DNA of 64,000 nt from Auanema rhodensis (taxonomy: Eukaryota > Animalia > Nematoda): positions 62,001 to 126,000 of the forward strand of contig CAXKVF010000086.1 of NCBI GenBank assembly GCA_964057225.1. Reading direction: 5' to 3'. Made by a program: the position numbers and the translations under genes. Below are positions 12,092 to 27,029 of the stretch, piece after piece (within the stretch, counting starts at the first letter, position 1; every line of letters starts with the position of its first letter). Under the pieces are notes generated by a model. It made no database searches. It was given only the letters and a program-made list of their open reading frames with translations, and had not been told where the DNA came from.

Positions 12092-15000
12092 CAATATCAA
12101 TAAAAATTTGTTTTTAGACTAATATGGACATGGGGAATCTAATTTTGAAAACCGCATCTCTTTATCTTTCACGTGAAGCGAGTTACATACCAAGTGCACA
12201 TCACGTGTACATTTAATTAGCATAAATTAAAGTTCACGTAAATTTCAAAGTCATGGTTACCATGAACCAATATCAATAAAAATTTGTTTTTAGACTAATA
12301 TGGACATGGGGAATCTAATTTTGAAAACCGCATCTCTTTATCTTTCACGTGAAGCGAGTTACATACCAAGTGCACATCACGTGTACATTTAATTAGCATG
12401 AATTAAAGTTCACGTAAATTTCAAAGTCATGGTTACCATGAACCAATATCAATAAAAATTTGTTTTTAGACTAATATGGACATGGGGAATCTAATTTTGA
12501 AAACCGCATCTCTTTATCTTTCACGTGAAGCGAGTTACATACCAAGTGCACATCACGTGTACATTTAATTAGCATAAATTAAAGTTCACGTAAATTTCAA
12601 AGTCATGGTTACCATGAACCAATATCAATAAAAATTTGTTTTTAGACTAATATGGACATGGGGAATCTAATTGTGAAAACCGCATCTCTTTATCTTTCAC
12701 GTGAAGCGAGTTACATACCAAGTGCCCATCACGTGTACATTTAATTAGCATAAATTAAAGTTCACGTAAACTTCAAAGTCATGGTTACCATGAAGCAATA
12801 TCAATAAAAATTTGTTTTTAGACTAATATGGACATGGGGAATCTAATTTTGAAAACCGCATCTTTTTATCTTTCACGTGAAGCGAGTTACATACCAAGTG
12901 CACATCACGTGTACATTTAATTAGCATAAATTAAAGTTCACGTAAATTTCAAAGTCATGGTTACCATGAACCAATATCAATAAAAATTTGTTTTTAGACT
13001 AATATGGACATGGGGAATCTAATTTTGAAAACCGCATCTCTTCATCTTTCACGTGAAGCGAGTTACATACCAAGTGCACATCACGTGTACATTTAATTAG
13101 CATAAATTAAAGTTCACGTAAATTTCAAAGTCATGGTTACCATGAAGCAATATCAATAAAAATTTGTTTTTAGACCAATATGGACATGGGGAATCTAATT
13201 TTGAAAACCGCATCTCTTTATCTTTCACGTGAAGCGAGTTACATACCAAGTGCACATCACGTGTACATTTAATTAGCATAAATTAAAGTTCACGTAAATT
13301 TCAAAGTCATGGTTACCATGAACCAATATCAATAAAAATTTGTTTTTAGACTAATATGGACATGGGGAATCTAATTTTGAAAACCGCATCTCTTTATCTT
13401 TCACGTGAAGCGAGTTACATACCAAGTGCACATCACGTGTACATTTAATTAGCATGAATTAAAGTTCACGTAAATTTCAAAGTCATGGTTACCATGAACC
13501 AATATCAATAAAAATTTGTTTTTAGACTAATATGGACATGGGGAATCTAATTTTGAAAACCGCATCTCTTTATCTTTCACGTGAAGCGAGTTACATACCA
13601 AGTGCACATCACGTGTACATTTAATTAGCATAAATTAAAGTTCACGTAAATTTCAAAGTCATGGTTACCATGAACCAATATCAATAAAAATTTGTTTTTA
13701 GACTAATATGGACATGGGGAATCTAATTGTGAAAACCGCATCTCTTTATCTTTCACGTGAAGCGAGTTACATACCAAGTGCACATCACGTGTACATTTAA
13801 TTAGCATAAATTAAAGTTCACGTAAACTTCAAAGTCATGGTTACCATGAAGCAATATCAATAAAAATTTGTTTTTAGACTAATATGGACATGGGGAATCT
13901 AATTTTGAAAACCGCATCTCTTCATCTTTCACGTGAAGCGAGTTACATACCAAGTGCACATCACGTGTACATTTAATTAGCATAAATTAAAGTTCACGTA
14001 AATTTCAAAGTCATGGTTACCATGAAGCAATATCAATAAAAATTTGTTTTTAGACTAATATGGACATGGGGAATCTAATTTTGAAAACCGCATCTCTTTA
14101 TCTTTCACGTGAAGCGAGTTACATACCAAGTGCACATCACGTGTACATTTAATTAGCATAAATTAAAGTTCACGTAAATTTCAAAGTCATGGTTACCATG
14201 AAGCAATATCAATAAAAATTTGTTTTTAGACTAATATGGACATGGGGAATCTAATTTTGAAAACCGCATCTCTTTATCTTTCACGTGAAGCGAGTTACAT
14301 ACCAAGTGCACATCACGTGTACATTTAATTAGCATAAATTAAAGTTCACGTAAATTTCAAAGTCATGGTTACCATGAACCAATATCAATAAAAATTTGTT
14401 TTTAGACTCATATGGACATGGGGAATCTAATTTTGAAAACCGCATCTCTTTATCTTTCACGTGAAGCGAGTTACATACCAAGTGCACATCACGTGTACAT
14501 TTAATTAGCATGAATTAAAGTTCACGTAAATTTCAAAGTCATGGTTACCATGAACCAATATCAATAAAAATTTGTTTTTAGACTAATATGGACATGGGGA
14601 ATCTAATTTTGAAAACCGCATCTCTTTATCTTTCACGTGAAGCGAGTTACATACCAAGTGCACATCACGTGTACATTTAATTAGCATAAATTAAAGTTCA
14701 CGTAAATTTCAAAGTCATGGTTACCATGAACCAATATCAATAAAAATTTGTTTTTAGACTAATATGGACATGGGGAATCTAATTGTGAAAACCGCATCTC
14801 TTTATCTTTCACGTGAAGCGAGTTACATACCAAGTGCACATCACGTGTACATTTAATTAGCATAAATTAAAGTTCACGTAAACTTCAAAGTCATGGTTAC
14901 CATGAAGCAATATCAATAAAAATTTGTTTTTAGACTAATATGGACATGGGGAATCTAATTTTGAAAACCGCATCTTTTTATCTTTCACGTGAAGCGAGTT

Positions 15001-18000
15001 ACATACCAAGTGCACATCACGTGTACATTTAATTAGCATAAATTAAAGTTCACGTAAATTTCAAAGTCATGGTTACCATGAACCAATATCAATAAAAATT
15101 TGTTTTTAGACTAATATGGACATGGGGAATCTAATTTTGAAAACCGCATCTCTTCATCTTTCACGTGAAGCGAGTTACATACCAAGTGCACATCACGTGT
15201 ACATTTAATTAGCATAAATTAAAGTTCACGTAAATTTCAAAGTCATGGTTACCATGAAGCAATATCAATAAAAATTTGTTTTTAGACTAATATGGACATG
15301 GGGAATCTAATTTTGAAAACCGCATCTCTTTATCTTTCACGTGAAGCGAGTTACATACCAAGTGCACATCACGTGTACATTTAATTAGCATAAATTAAAG
15401 TTCACGTAAATTTCAAAGTCATGGTTACCATGAAGCAATATCAATAAAAATTTGTTTTTAGACTAATATGGACATGGGGAATCTAATTTTGAAAACCGCA
15501 TCTCTTTATCTTTCACGTGAAGCGAGTTACATACCAAGTGCACATCACGTGTACATTTAATTAGCATAAATTAAAGTTCACGTAAATTTCAAAGTCATGG
15601 TTACCATGAACCAATATCAATAAAAATTTGTTCTTAGACTAATATGGACATGGGGAATCTAATTTTGAAAACCGCATCTCTTTATCTTTCACGTGAAGCG
15701 AGTTACATACCAAGTGCACATCACGTGTACATTTAATTAGCATAAATTAAAGTTCACGTAAATTTCAAAGTCATGGTTACCATGAACCAATATCAATAAA
15801 AATTTGTTTTTAGACTAATATGGACATGGGGAATCTAATTTTGAAAACCGCATCTCTTTATCTTTCACGTGAAGCGAGTTACATACCAAGTGCACATCAC
15901 GTGTACATTTAATTAGCATAAATTAAAGTTCACGTAAACTTCAAAGTCATGGTTACCATGAAGCAATATCAATAAAAATTTGTTTTTAGACTAATATGGA
16001 CATGGGGAATCTAATTTTGAAAACCGCATCTCTTTATCTTTCACGTGAAGCGAGTTACATACCAAGTGCACATCACGTGTACATTTATTTAGCATAAATT
16101 AAAGTTCACGTAAATTTCAAAGTCATGGTTAACATGAACCAATATCAATAAAAATTTGTTTTTAGACTAATATGGACATGGGGAATCTAATTTTGAAAAC
16201 CGCATCTCTTTATCTTTCACGTGAAGCGAGTTACATACCAAGTGCACATCACGTGTACATTTAATTAGCATAAATTAAAGTTCACGTAAATTTCAAAGTC
16301 ATGGTTACCATGAAGCAATATCAATAAAAATTTGTTCTTAGACTAATATGGACATGGGGAATCTAATTTTGAAAACCGCATCTCTTTATCTTTCACGTGA
16401 AGCGAGTTACATACCAAGTGCACATCACGTGTACATTTAATTAGCATGAATTAAAGTTCACGTAAATTTCAAAGTCATGGTTACCATGAACCAATATCAA
16501 TAAAAATTTGTTTTTAGACTAATATGGACATGGGGAATCTAATTTTGAAAACCGCATCTCTTTATCTTTCACGTGAAGCGAGTTACATACCAAGTGCACA
16601 TCACGTGTACATTTAATTAGCATAAATTAAAGTTCACGTAAATTTCAAAGTCATGGTTACCATGAACCAATATCAATAAAAATTTGTTTTTAGACTAATA
16701 TGGACATGGGGAATCTAATTTTGAAAACCGCATCTCTTTATCTTTCACGTGAAGCGAGTTACATACCAAGTGCACATCACGTGTACATTTAATTAGCATG
16801 AATTAAAGTTCACGTAAATTTCAAAGTCATGGTTACCATGAACCAATATCAATAAAAATTTGTTTTTAGACTAATATGGACATGGGGAATCTAATTTTGA
16901 AAACCGCATCTCTTTATCTTTCACGTGAAGCGAGTTACATACCAAGTGCACATCACGTGTACATTTAATTAGCATAAATTAAAGTTCACGTAAATTTCAA
17001 AGTCATGGTTACCATGAACCAATATCAATAAAAATTTGTTTTTAGACTAATATGGACATGGGGAATCTAATTGTGAAAACCGCATCTCTTTATCTTTCAC
17101 GTGAAGCGAGTTACATACCAAGTGCCCATCACGTGTACATTTAATTAGCATAAATTAAAGTTCACGTAAACTTCAAAGTCATGGTTACCATGAAGCAATA
17201 TCAATAAAAATTTGTTTTTAGACTAATATGGACATGGGGAATCTAATTTTGAAAACCGCATCTTTTTATCTTTCACGTGAAGCGAGTTACATACCAAGTG
17301 CACATCACGTGTACATTTAATTAGCATAAATTAAAGTTCACGTAAATTTCAAAGTCATGGTTACCATGAACCAATATCAATAAAAATTTGTTTTTAGACT
17401 AATATGGACATGGGGAATCTAATTTTGAAAACCGCATCTCTTCATCTTTCACGTGAAGCGAGTTACATACCAAGTGCACATCACGTGTACATTTAATTAG
17501 CATAAATTAAAGTTCACGTAAATTTCAAAGTCATGGTTACCATGAAGCAATATCAATAAAAATTTGTTTTTAGACCAATATGGACATGGGGAATCTAATT
17601 TTGAAAACCGCATCTCTTTATCTTTCACGTGAAGCGAGTTACATACCAAGTGCACATCACGTGTACATTTAATTAGCATAAATTAAAGTTCACGTAAATT
17701 TCAAAGTCATGGTTACCATGAACCAATATCAATAAAAATTTGTTTTTAGACTAATATGGACATGGGGAATCTAATTTTGAAAACCGCATCTCTTTATCTT
17801 TCACGTGAAGCGAGTTACATACCAAGTGCACATCACGTGTACATTTAATTAGCATGAATTAAAGTTCACGTAAATTTCAAAGTCATGGTTACCATGAACC
17901 AATATCAATAAAAATTTGTTTTTAGACTAATATGGACATGGGGAATCTAATTTTGAAAACCGCATCTCTTTATCTTTCACGTGAAGCGAGTTACATACCA

Positions 18001-20847
18001 AGTGCACATCACGTGTACATTTAATTAGCATAAATTAAAGTTCACGTAAATTTCAAAGTCATGGTTACCATGAACCAATATCAATAAAAATTTGTTTTTA
18101 GACTAATATGGACATGGGGAATCTAATTGTGAAAACCGCATCTCTTTATCTTTCACGTGAAGCGAGTTACATACCAAGTGCACATCACGTGTACATTTAA
18201 TTAGCATAAATTAAAGTTCACGTAAACTTCAAAGTCATGGTTACCATGAAGCAATATCAATAAAAATTTGTTTTTAGACTAATATGGACATGGGGAATCT
18301 AATTTTGAAAACCGCATCTCTTCATCTTTCACGTGAAGCGAGTTACATACCAAGTGCACATCACGTGTACATTTAATTAGCATAAATTAAAGTTCACGTA
18401 AATTTCAAAGTCATGGTTACCATGAAGCAATATCAATAAAAATTTGTTTTTAGACTAATATGGACATGGGGAATCTAATTTTGAAAACCGCATCTCTTTA
18501 TCTTTCACGTGAAGCGAGTTACATACCAAGTGCACATCACGTGTACATTTAATTAGCATAAATTAAAGTTCACGTAAATTTCAAAGTCATGGTTACCATG
18601 AAGCAATATCAATAAAAATTTGTTTTTAGACTAATATGGACATGGGGAATCTAATTTTGAAAACCGCATCTCTTTATCTTTCACGTGAAGCGAGTTACAT
18701 ACCAAGTGCACATCACGTGTACATTTAATTAGCATAAATTAAAGTTCACGTAAATTTCAAAGTCATGGTTACCATGAACCAATATCAATAAAAATTTGTT
18801 TTTAGACTCATATGGACATGGGGAATCTAATTTTGAAAACCGCATCTCTTTATCTTTCACGTGAAGCGAGTTACATACCAAGTGCACATCACGTGTACAT
18901 TTAATTAGCATGAATTAAAGTTCACGTAAATTTCAAAGTCATGGTTACCATGAACCAATATCAATAAAAATTTGTTTTTAGACTAATATGGACATGGGGA
19001 ATCTAATTTTGAAAACCGCATCTCTTTATCTTTCACGTGAAGCGAGTTACATACCAAGTGCACATCACGTGTACATTTAATTAGCATAAATTAAAGTTCA
19101 CGTAAATTTCAAAGTCATGGTTACCATGAACCAATATCAATAAAAATTTGTTTTTAGACTAATATGGACATGGGGAATCTAATTGTGAAAACCGCATCTC
19201 TTTATCTTTCACGTGAAGCGAGTTACATACCAAGTGCACATCACGTGTACATTTAATTAGCATAAATTAAAGTTCACGTAAACTTCAAAGTCATGGTTAC
19301 CATGAAGCAATATCAATAAAAATTTGTTTTTAGACTAATATGGACATGGGGAATCTAATTTTGAAAACCGCATCTTTTTATCTTTCACGTGAAGCGAGTT
19401 ACATACCAAGTGCACATCACGTGTACATTTAATTAGCATAAATTAAAGTTCACGTAAATTTCAAAGTCATGGTTACCATGAACCAATATCAATAAAAATT
19501 TGTTTTTAGACTAATATGGACATGGGGAATCTAATTTTGAAAACCGCATCTCTTCATCTTTCACGTGAAGCGAGTTACATACCAAGTGCACATCACGTGT
19601 ACATTTAATTAGCATAAATTAAAGTTCACGTAAATTTCAAAGTCATGGTTACCATGAAGCAATATCAATAAAAATTTGTTTTTAGACTAATATGGACATG
19701 GGGAATCTAATTTTGAAAACCGCATCTCTTTATCTTTCACGTGAAGCGAGTTACATACCAAGTGCACATCACGTGTACATTTAATTAGCATAAATTAAAG
19801 TTCACGTAAATTTCAAAGTCATGGTTACCATGAAGCAATATCAATAAAAATTTGTTTTTAGACTAATATGGACATGGGGAATCTAATTTTGAAAACCGCA
19901 TCTCTTTATCTTTCACGTGAAGCGAGTTACATACCAAGTGCACATCACGTGTACATTTAATTAGCATAAATTAAAGTTCACGTAAATTTCAAAGTCATGG
20001 TTACCATGAACCAATATCAATAAAAATTTGTTCTTAGACTAATATGGACATGGGGAATCTAATTTTGAAAACCGCATCTCTTTATCTTTCACGTGAAGCG
20101 AGTTACATACCAAGTGCACATCACGTGTACATTTAATTAGCATAAATTAAAGTTCACGTAAATTTCAAAGTCATGGTTACCATGAACCAATATCAATAAA
20201 AATTTGTTTTTAGACTAATATGGACATGGGGAATCTAATTTTGAAAACCGCATCTCTTTATCTTTCACGTGAAGCGAGTTACATACCAAGTGCACATCAC
20301 GTGTACATTTAATTAGCATAAATTAAAGTTCACGTAAACTTCAAAGTCATGGTTACCATGAAGCAATATCAATAAAAATTTGTTTTTAGACTAATATGGA
20401 CATGGGGAATCTAATTTTGAAAACCGCATCTCTTTATCTTTCACGTGAAGCGAGTTACATACCAAGTGCACATCACGTGTACATTTATTTAGCATAAATT
20501 AAAGTTCACGTAAATTTCAAAGTCATGGTTAACATGAACCAATATCAATAAAAATTTGTTTTTAGACTAATATGGACATGGGGAATCTAATTTTGAAAAC
20601 CGCATCTCTTTATCTTTCACGTGAAGCGAGTTACATACCAAGTGCACATCACGTGTACATTTAATTAGCATAAATTAAAGTTCACGTAAATTTCAAAGTC
20701 ATGGTTACCATGAAGCAATATCAATAAAAATTTGTTCTTAGACTAATATGGACATGGGGAATCTAATTTTGAAAACCGCATCTCTTTATCTTTCACGTGA
20801 AGCGAGTTACATACCAAGTGCACATCACGTGTACATTTAATTAGCAT
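12092..20847 (+). repeat. Two-copy higher-order duplication with 4400-bp (25-monomer) offset
   Basis: Rare variants recur exactly 4400 bp apart: 12400/16800, 12673/17073, 12726/17126, 12864/17264, 13176/17576, 14409/18809, 16088/20488, 16132/20532. Boundaries are approximate. Confidence 0.93.
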
Positions 20848-23800
20848 AAATTAAAGTTCACGTAAATTTCAAAGTCATGGTTACCATGAACCAATATCAA
20901 TGAAAATTTGTTTTTAGACTAATATGGACATGGGGAATCTAATTTTGAAAACCGCATCTCTTTATCTTTCACGTGAAGCGAGTTACATACCAAGTGCACA
21001 TCACGTGTACATTTAATTAGCATAAATTAAAGTTCACGTAAACTTCAAAGTCATGGTTACCATGAAGCAATATCAATAAAAATTTGTTTTTAGACTAATA
21101 TGGACATGGGGAATCTAATTTTGAAAACCGCATCTCTTTATCTTTCACGTGAAGCGAGTTACATACCAAGTGCACATCACGTGTACATTTAATTAGCATA
21201 AATTAAAGTTCACGTAAACTTCAAAGTCATGGTTACCATGAAGCAATATCAATAAAAATTTGTTTTTAGACTAATATGGACATGGGGAATCTAATTTTGA
21301 AAACCGCATCTCTTTATCTTTCACGTGAAGCGAGTTACATACCAAGTGCACATCACGTGTACATTTATTTAGCATAAATTAAAGTTCACGTAAATTTCAA
21401 AGTCATGGTTAACATGAACCAATATCAATAAAAATTCGTTTTTAGACTAATATGGACATGGGGAATCTAATTTTGAAAACCGCATCTCTTTATCTTTCAC
21501 GTGAAGCGAGTTACATACCAAGTGCACATCACGTGTACATTTAATTAGCATAAATTAAAGTTCACGTAAATTTCAAAGTCATGGTTACCATGCACCAATA
21601 TCAATAAAAATTTGTTCTTAGACTAATATGGACATGGGGAATCTAATTTTGAAAACCGAATCTCTTTATCTTTCACGTGAAGCGAGTTACATACCAAGTG
21701 CACATCACGTGTACATTTAATTAGCATAAATTAAAGTTCACGTAAATTTCAAAGTCATGGTTACCATGAACCAATATCAATAAAAATTTGTTTTTAGACT
21801 AATATGGACATGGGGAATCTAATTTTGAAAACCGCATCTCTTTATCTTTCACGTGAAGCGAGTTACATACCAAGTGCACATCACGTGTACATTTAATTAG
21901 CATAAATTAAAGTTCACGTAAACTTCAAAGTCATGGTTACCATGAAGCAATATCAATAAAAATTTGTTTTTAGACTAATATGGACATGGGGAATCTAATT
22001 TTGAAAACCGCATCTCTTTATCTTTCACGTGAAGCGAGTTACATACCAAGTGCACATCACGTGTACATTTAATTAGCATAAATTAAAGTTCACGTAAATT
22101 TCAAAGTCATGGTTACCATGAACCAATATCAATAAAAATTTGTTTTTAGACTAATATGGACATGGGGAATCTAATTTTGAAAACCGCATCTCTTTATCTT
22201 TCACGTGAAGCGAGTTACATACCAAGTGCACATCACGTGTACATTTAATTAGCATAAATTAAAGTTCACGTAAACTTCAAAGTCATGGTTACCATGAAGC
22301 AATATCAATAAAAATTTGTTTTTAGACTAATATGGACATGGGGAATCTAATTTTGAAAACCGCATCTCTTTATCTTTCACGTGAAGCGAGTTACATACCA
22401 AGTGCACATCACGTGTACATTTAATTAGCATAAATTAAAGTTCACGTAAATTTCAAAGTCATGGTTACCATGAACCAATATCAATAAAAAATTGTTTTTA
22501 GACTAATATGGACATGGGGAATCTAATTTTGAAAACCGCATCTCTTTATCTTTCACGTGAAGCGAGTTACATACCAAGTGCACATCACGTGTACATTTAA
22601 TTAGCATAAATTAAAGTTCACGTTAATTTCAAAGTCATGGTTACCATGCACCAATATCAATAAAAATTTGTTTTTAGACTAATATGGACATGGGGAATCT
22701 AATTTTGAAAACCGCATCTCTTTATCTTTCACGTGAAGCGAGTTACATACCAAGTGCACATCACGTGTACATTTAATTAGCATAAATTAAAGTTCACGTA
22801 AACTTCAAAGTCATGGTTACCATGAAGCAATATCAATAAAAATTTGTTTTTAGACTAATATGGACATGGGGAATCTAATTTTGAAAACCGCATCTCTTTA
22901 TCTTTCACGTGAAGCGAGTTACATACCAAGTGCACATCACGTGTACATTTATTTAGCATAAATTAAAGTTCACGTAAATTTCAAAGTCATGGTTACCATG
23001 AACCAATATCAATAAAAAATTGTTTTTAGACTAATATGGACATGGGGAATCTAATTTTGAAAACCGCATCTCTTTATCTTTCACGTGAAGCGAGTTACAT
23101 ACCAAGTGCACATCACGTGTACATTTAATTAGCATAAATTAAAGTTCACGTAAATTTCAAAGTCATGGTTACCATGCACCAATATCAATAAAAATTTGTT
23201 TTTAGACTAATATGGACATGGGGAATCTAATTTTGAAAACCGCATCTCTTTATCTTTCACGTGAAGCGAGTTACATACCAAGTGCACATCACGTGTACAT
23301 TTAATTAGCATAAATTAAAGTTCACGTAAATTTCAAAGTCATGGTTACCATGAAGCAATATCAATAAAAATTTGTTTTTAGACTAATATGGACATGGGGA
23401 ATCTAATTTTGAAAACCGCATCTCTTTATCTTTCACGTGAAGCGAGTTACATACCAAGTGCACATCACGTGTACATTTATTTAGCATAAATTAAAGTTCA
23501 CGTAAACTTCAAAGTCATGGTTACCATGAACCAATATCAATAAAAATTCGTTTTTAGACTAATATGGACATGGGGAATCTAATTTTGAAAACCGCATCTC
23601 TTTATCTTTCACGTGAAGCGAGTTACATACCAAGTGCACATCACGTGTACATTTAATTAGCATAAATTAAAGTTCACGTAAATTTCAAAGTCATGGTTAC
23701 CATGCACCAATATCAATAAAAATTTGTTTTTAGACTAATATGGACATGGGGAATCTAATTTTGAAAACCGCATCTCTTTATCTTTCACGTGAAGCGAGTT

Positions 23801-26457
23801 ACATACCAAGTGCACATCACGTGTACATTTAATTAGCATAAATTAAAGTTCACGTAAATTTCAAAGTCATGGTTACCATGAACCAATATCAATAAAAATT
23901 TGTTTTTAGACTAATATGGACATGGGGAATCTAATTTTGAAAACCGCATCTCTTTATCTTTCACGTGAAGCGAGTTACATACCAAGTGCACATCACGTGT
24001 ACATTTAATTAGCATAAATTAAAGTTCACGTAAACTTCAAAGTCATGGTTACCATGAAGCAATATCAATAAAAATTTGTTTTTAGACTAATATGGACATG
24101 GGGAATCTAATTTTGAAAACCGCATCTCTTTATCTTTCACGTGAAGCGAGTTACATATCAAGTGCACATCACGTGTACATTTAATTAGCATAAATTAAAG
24201 TTCACGTAAATTTCAAAGTCATGGTTACCATGAACCAATATCAATAAAAATTTGTTTTTAGACTAATATGGACATGGGGAATCTAATTTTGAAAACCGCA
24301 TCTCTTTATCTTTCACGTGAAGCGAGTTACATACCAAGTGCACATCACGTGTACATTTAATTAGCATAAATTAAAGTTCACGTAAATTTCAAAGTCATGG
24401 TTACCATGAAGCAATATCAATAAAAATTTGTTTTTAGACTAATATGGACATGGGGAATCTAATTTTGAAAACCGCATCTCTTTATCTTTCACGTGAAGCG
24501 AGTTACATACCAAGTGCACATCACGTGTACATTTAATTAGCATAAATTAAAGTTCACGTAAATTTCAAAGTCATGGTTACCATGCACCAATATCAATAAA
24601 AATTTGTTTTTAGACTAATATGGACATGGGGAATCTAATTTTGAAAACCGCATCTCTTCATCTTTCACGTGAAGCGAGTTACATACCAAGTGCACATCAC
24701 GTGTACATTTAATTAGCATAAATTAAAGTTCACGTAAATTTCAAAGTCATGGTTACCATGCACCAATATCAATAAAAATTTGTTTTTAGACTAATATGGA
24801 CATGGGGAATCTAATTTTGAAAACCGCATCTCTTTATCTTTCACGTGAAGCGAGTTACATACCAAGTGCACATCACGTGTACATTTAATTAGCATAAATT
24901 AAAGTTCACGTAAATTTCAAAGTCATGGTTACCATGCACCAATATCAATAAAAATTTGTTTTTAGACTAATATGGACATGGGGAATCTAATTTTGAAAAC
25001 CGCATCTCTTTATCTTTCACGTGAAGCGAGTTACATACCAAGGGCACATCACGTGTACATTTAATTAGCATAAATTAAAGTTCACGTAAATTTCAAAGTC
25101 ATGGTTACCATGCACCAATATCAATAAAAATTTGTTTTTAGACTAATATGGACATGGGGAATCTAATTTTGAAAACCGCATCTCTTTATCTTTCACGTGA
25201 AGCGAGTTACATACCAAGTGCACATCACGTGTACATTTAATTAGCATAAATTAAAGTTCACGTAAATTTCAAAGTCATGGTTACCATGCACCAATATCAA
25301 TAAAAATTTGTTTTTAGACTAATATGGACATGGGGAATCTAATTTTGAAAACCGCATCTCTTTATCTTTCACGTGAAGCGAGTTACATACCAAGTGCACA
25401 TCACGTGTACATTTAATTAGCATAAATTAAAGTTCACGTAAATTTCAAAGTCATGGTTACCATGAACCAATATCAATAAAAATTTGTTTTTAGACTAATA
25501 TGGACATGGGGAATCTAATTTTGAAAACCGCATCTCTTTATCTTTCACGTGAAGCGAGTTACATACCAAGGGCACATCACGTGCACATTTAATTAGCATA
25601 AATTAAAGTTCACGTAAATTTCAAAGTCATGGTTACCATGCACCAATATCAATAAAAATTTGTTTTTAAACTAATATGGACATGGGGAATCTAATTTTGA
25701 AAACCGCATCTCTTTATCTTTCACGTGAAGCGAATTACATACCAAGTGCACATCACGTGTACATTTAATTAGCATAAATTAAAGTTCACGTAAATTTCAA
25801 AGTCATGGTTACCATGCACCAATATCAATAAAAATTTGTTTTTAGACTAATATGGACATGGGGAATCTAATTTTGAAAACCGCATCTCTTTATCTTTCAC
25901 ATGAAGCGAGTTACATACCAAGTGCACATCACGTGTACATTTAATTAGCATAAATTAAAGTTCACGTAAATTTCAAAGTCATGGTTACCATGAACCAATA
26001 TCAATAAAAATTTGTTTTTAGACTAATATGGACATGGGGAATCTAATTTTGAAAACCGCATCTCTTTATCTTTCACGTGAAGCGAGTTACATACCAAGTG
26101 CACATCACGTATACATTTAATTAGCATAAATTAAAGTTCACGTAAATTTCAAAGTCATGGTTACCATGAACCAATATCAATAAAAATTTGTTTTTAGACT
26201 AATATGGACATGGGGAATCTAATTTTGAAAACCGCATCTCTTTATCTTTCACGTGAAGCGAGTTACATACCAAGTGCACATCACGTGTACATTTAATTAG
26301 CATAAATTAAAGTTCACGTAAATTTCAAAGTCATGGTTACCATGCACCAATATCAATAAAAATTTGTTTTTAGACTAATATGGACATGGGGAATCTAATT
26401 TTGAAAACCGCATCTCTTTATCTTTCACGTGAAGCGAGTTACATACCAAGTGCACAT

Positions 26458-26499
26458 GCTTTGCTTTCACGTGAAGCGAGTTACATACCAAGTGCACAT
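26458..26499 (+). other. 42-bp phase-shifting insertion: 6-bp filler GCTTTG plus repeat of a 36-bp monomer segment
   Basis: 26422-26457 (CTTTCACGTGAAGCGAGTTACATACCAAGTGCACAT) is followed by GCTTTG (26458-26463) and the same 36-mer again (26464-26499). Confidence 0.95.
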
Positions 26500-27029
26500 C
26501 ACGTATACATTTAATTAGCATAAATTAAAGTTCACGTAAATTTCAAAGTCATGGTTACCATGAACCAATATCAATAAAAATTTGTTTTTAGACTAATATG
26601 GACATGGGGAATCTAATTTTGAAAACCGCATCTCTTTATCTTTCACGTGAAGCGAGTTACATACCAAGTGCACATCACGTGTACATTTAATTAGCATAAA
26701 TTAAAGTTCACGTAAATTTCAAAGTCATGGTTACCATGCACCAATATCAATAAAAATTTGTTTTTAGACTAATATGGACATGGGGAATCTAATTTTGAAA
26801 ACCGCATCTCTTTATCTTTCACGTGAAGCGAGTTACATACCAAGTGCACATCACGTGTACATTTAATTAGCATAAATTAAAGTTCACGTAAATTTCAAAG
26901 TCATGGTTACCATGCACCAATATCAATAAAAATTTGTTTTTAGACTAATATGGACATGGGGAATCTAATTTTGAAAACCGCATCTCTTTATCTTTCACGT
27001 GAAGCGAGTTACATACCAAGTGCACATCA

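Noticed and set aside
13097-14511. Two 60-aa minus-strand ORFs (MLIKCTRDVH...)
   Set aside because: They are single monomers in which a point change (13176 TAG>TGG; 14409 TAG>GAG) removes the one in-frame stop present in the other ~350 copies. There is no recognisable domain or gene context. A nearly open 60-codon frame among six is not very unlikely at this base composition.
17497-18911. Second pair of identical 60-aa ORFs
   Set aside because: They are copies of the first pair made by the 4400-bp duplication, not independent evidence of coding selection.
26422-26499. Transposon insertion with target-site duplication or excision footprint
   Set aside because: Only 6 novel bases are present, with no terminal repeats or coding remnant. 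A 36-bp or longer duplication is atypical for a TSD, and end-joining repair explains it more simply.
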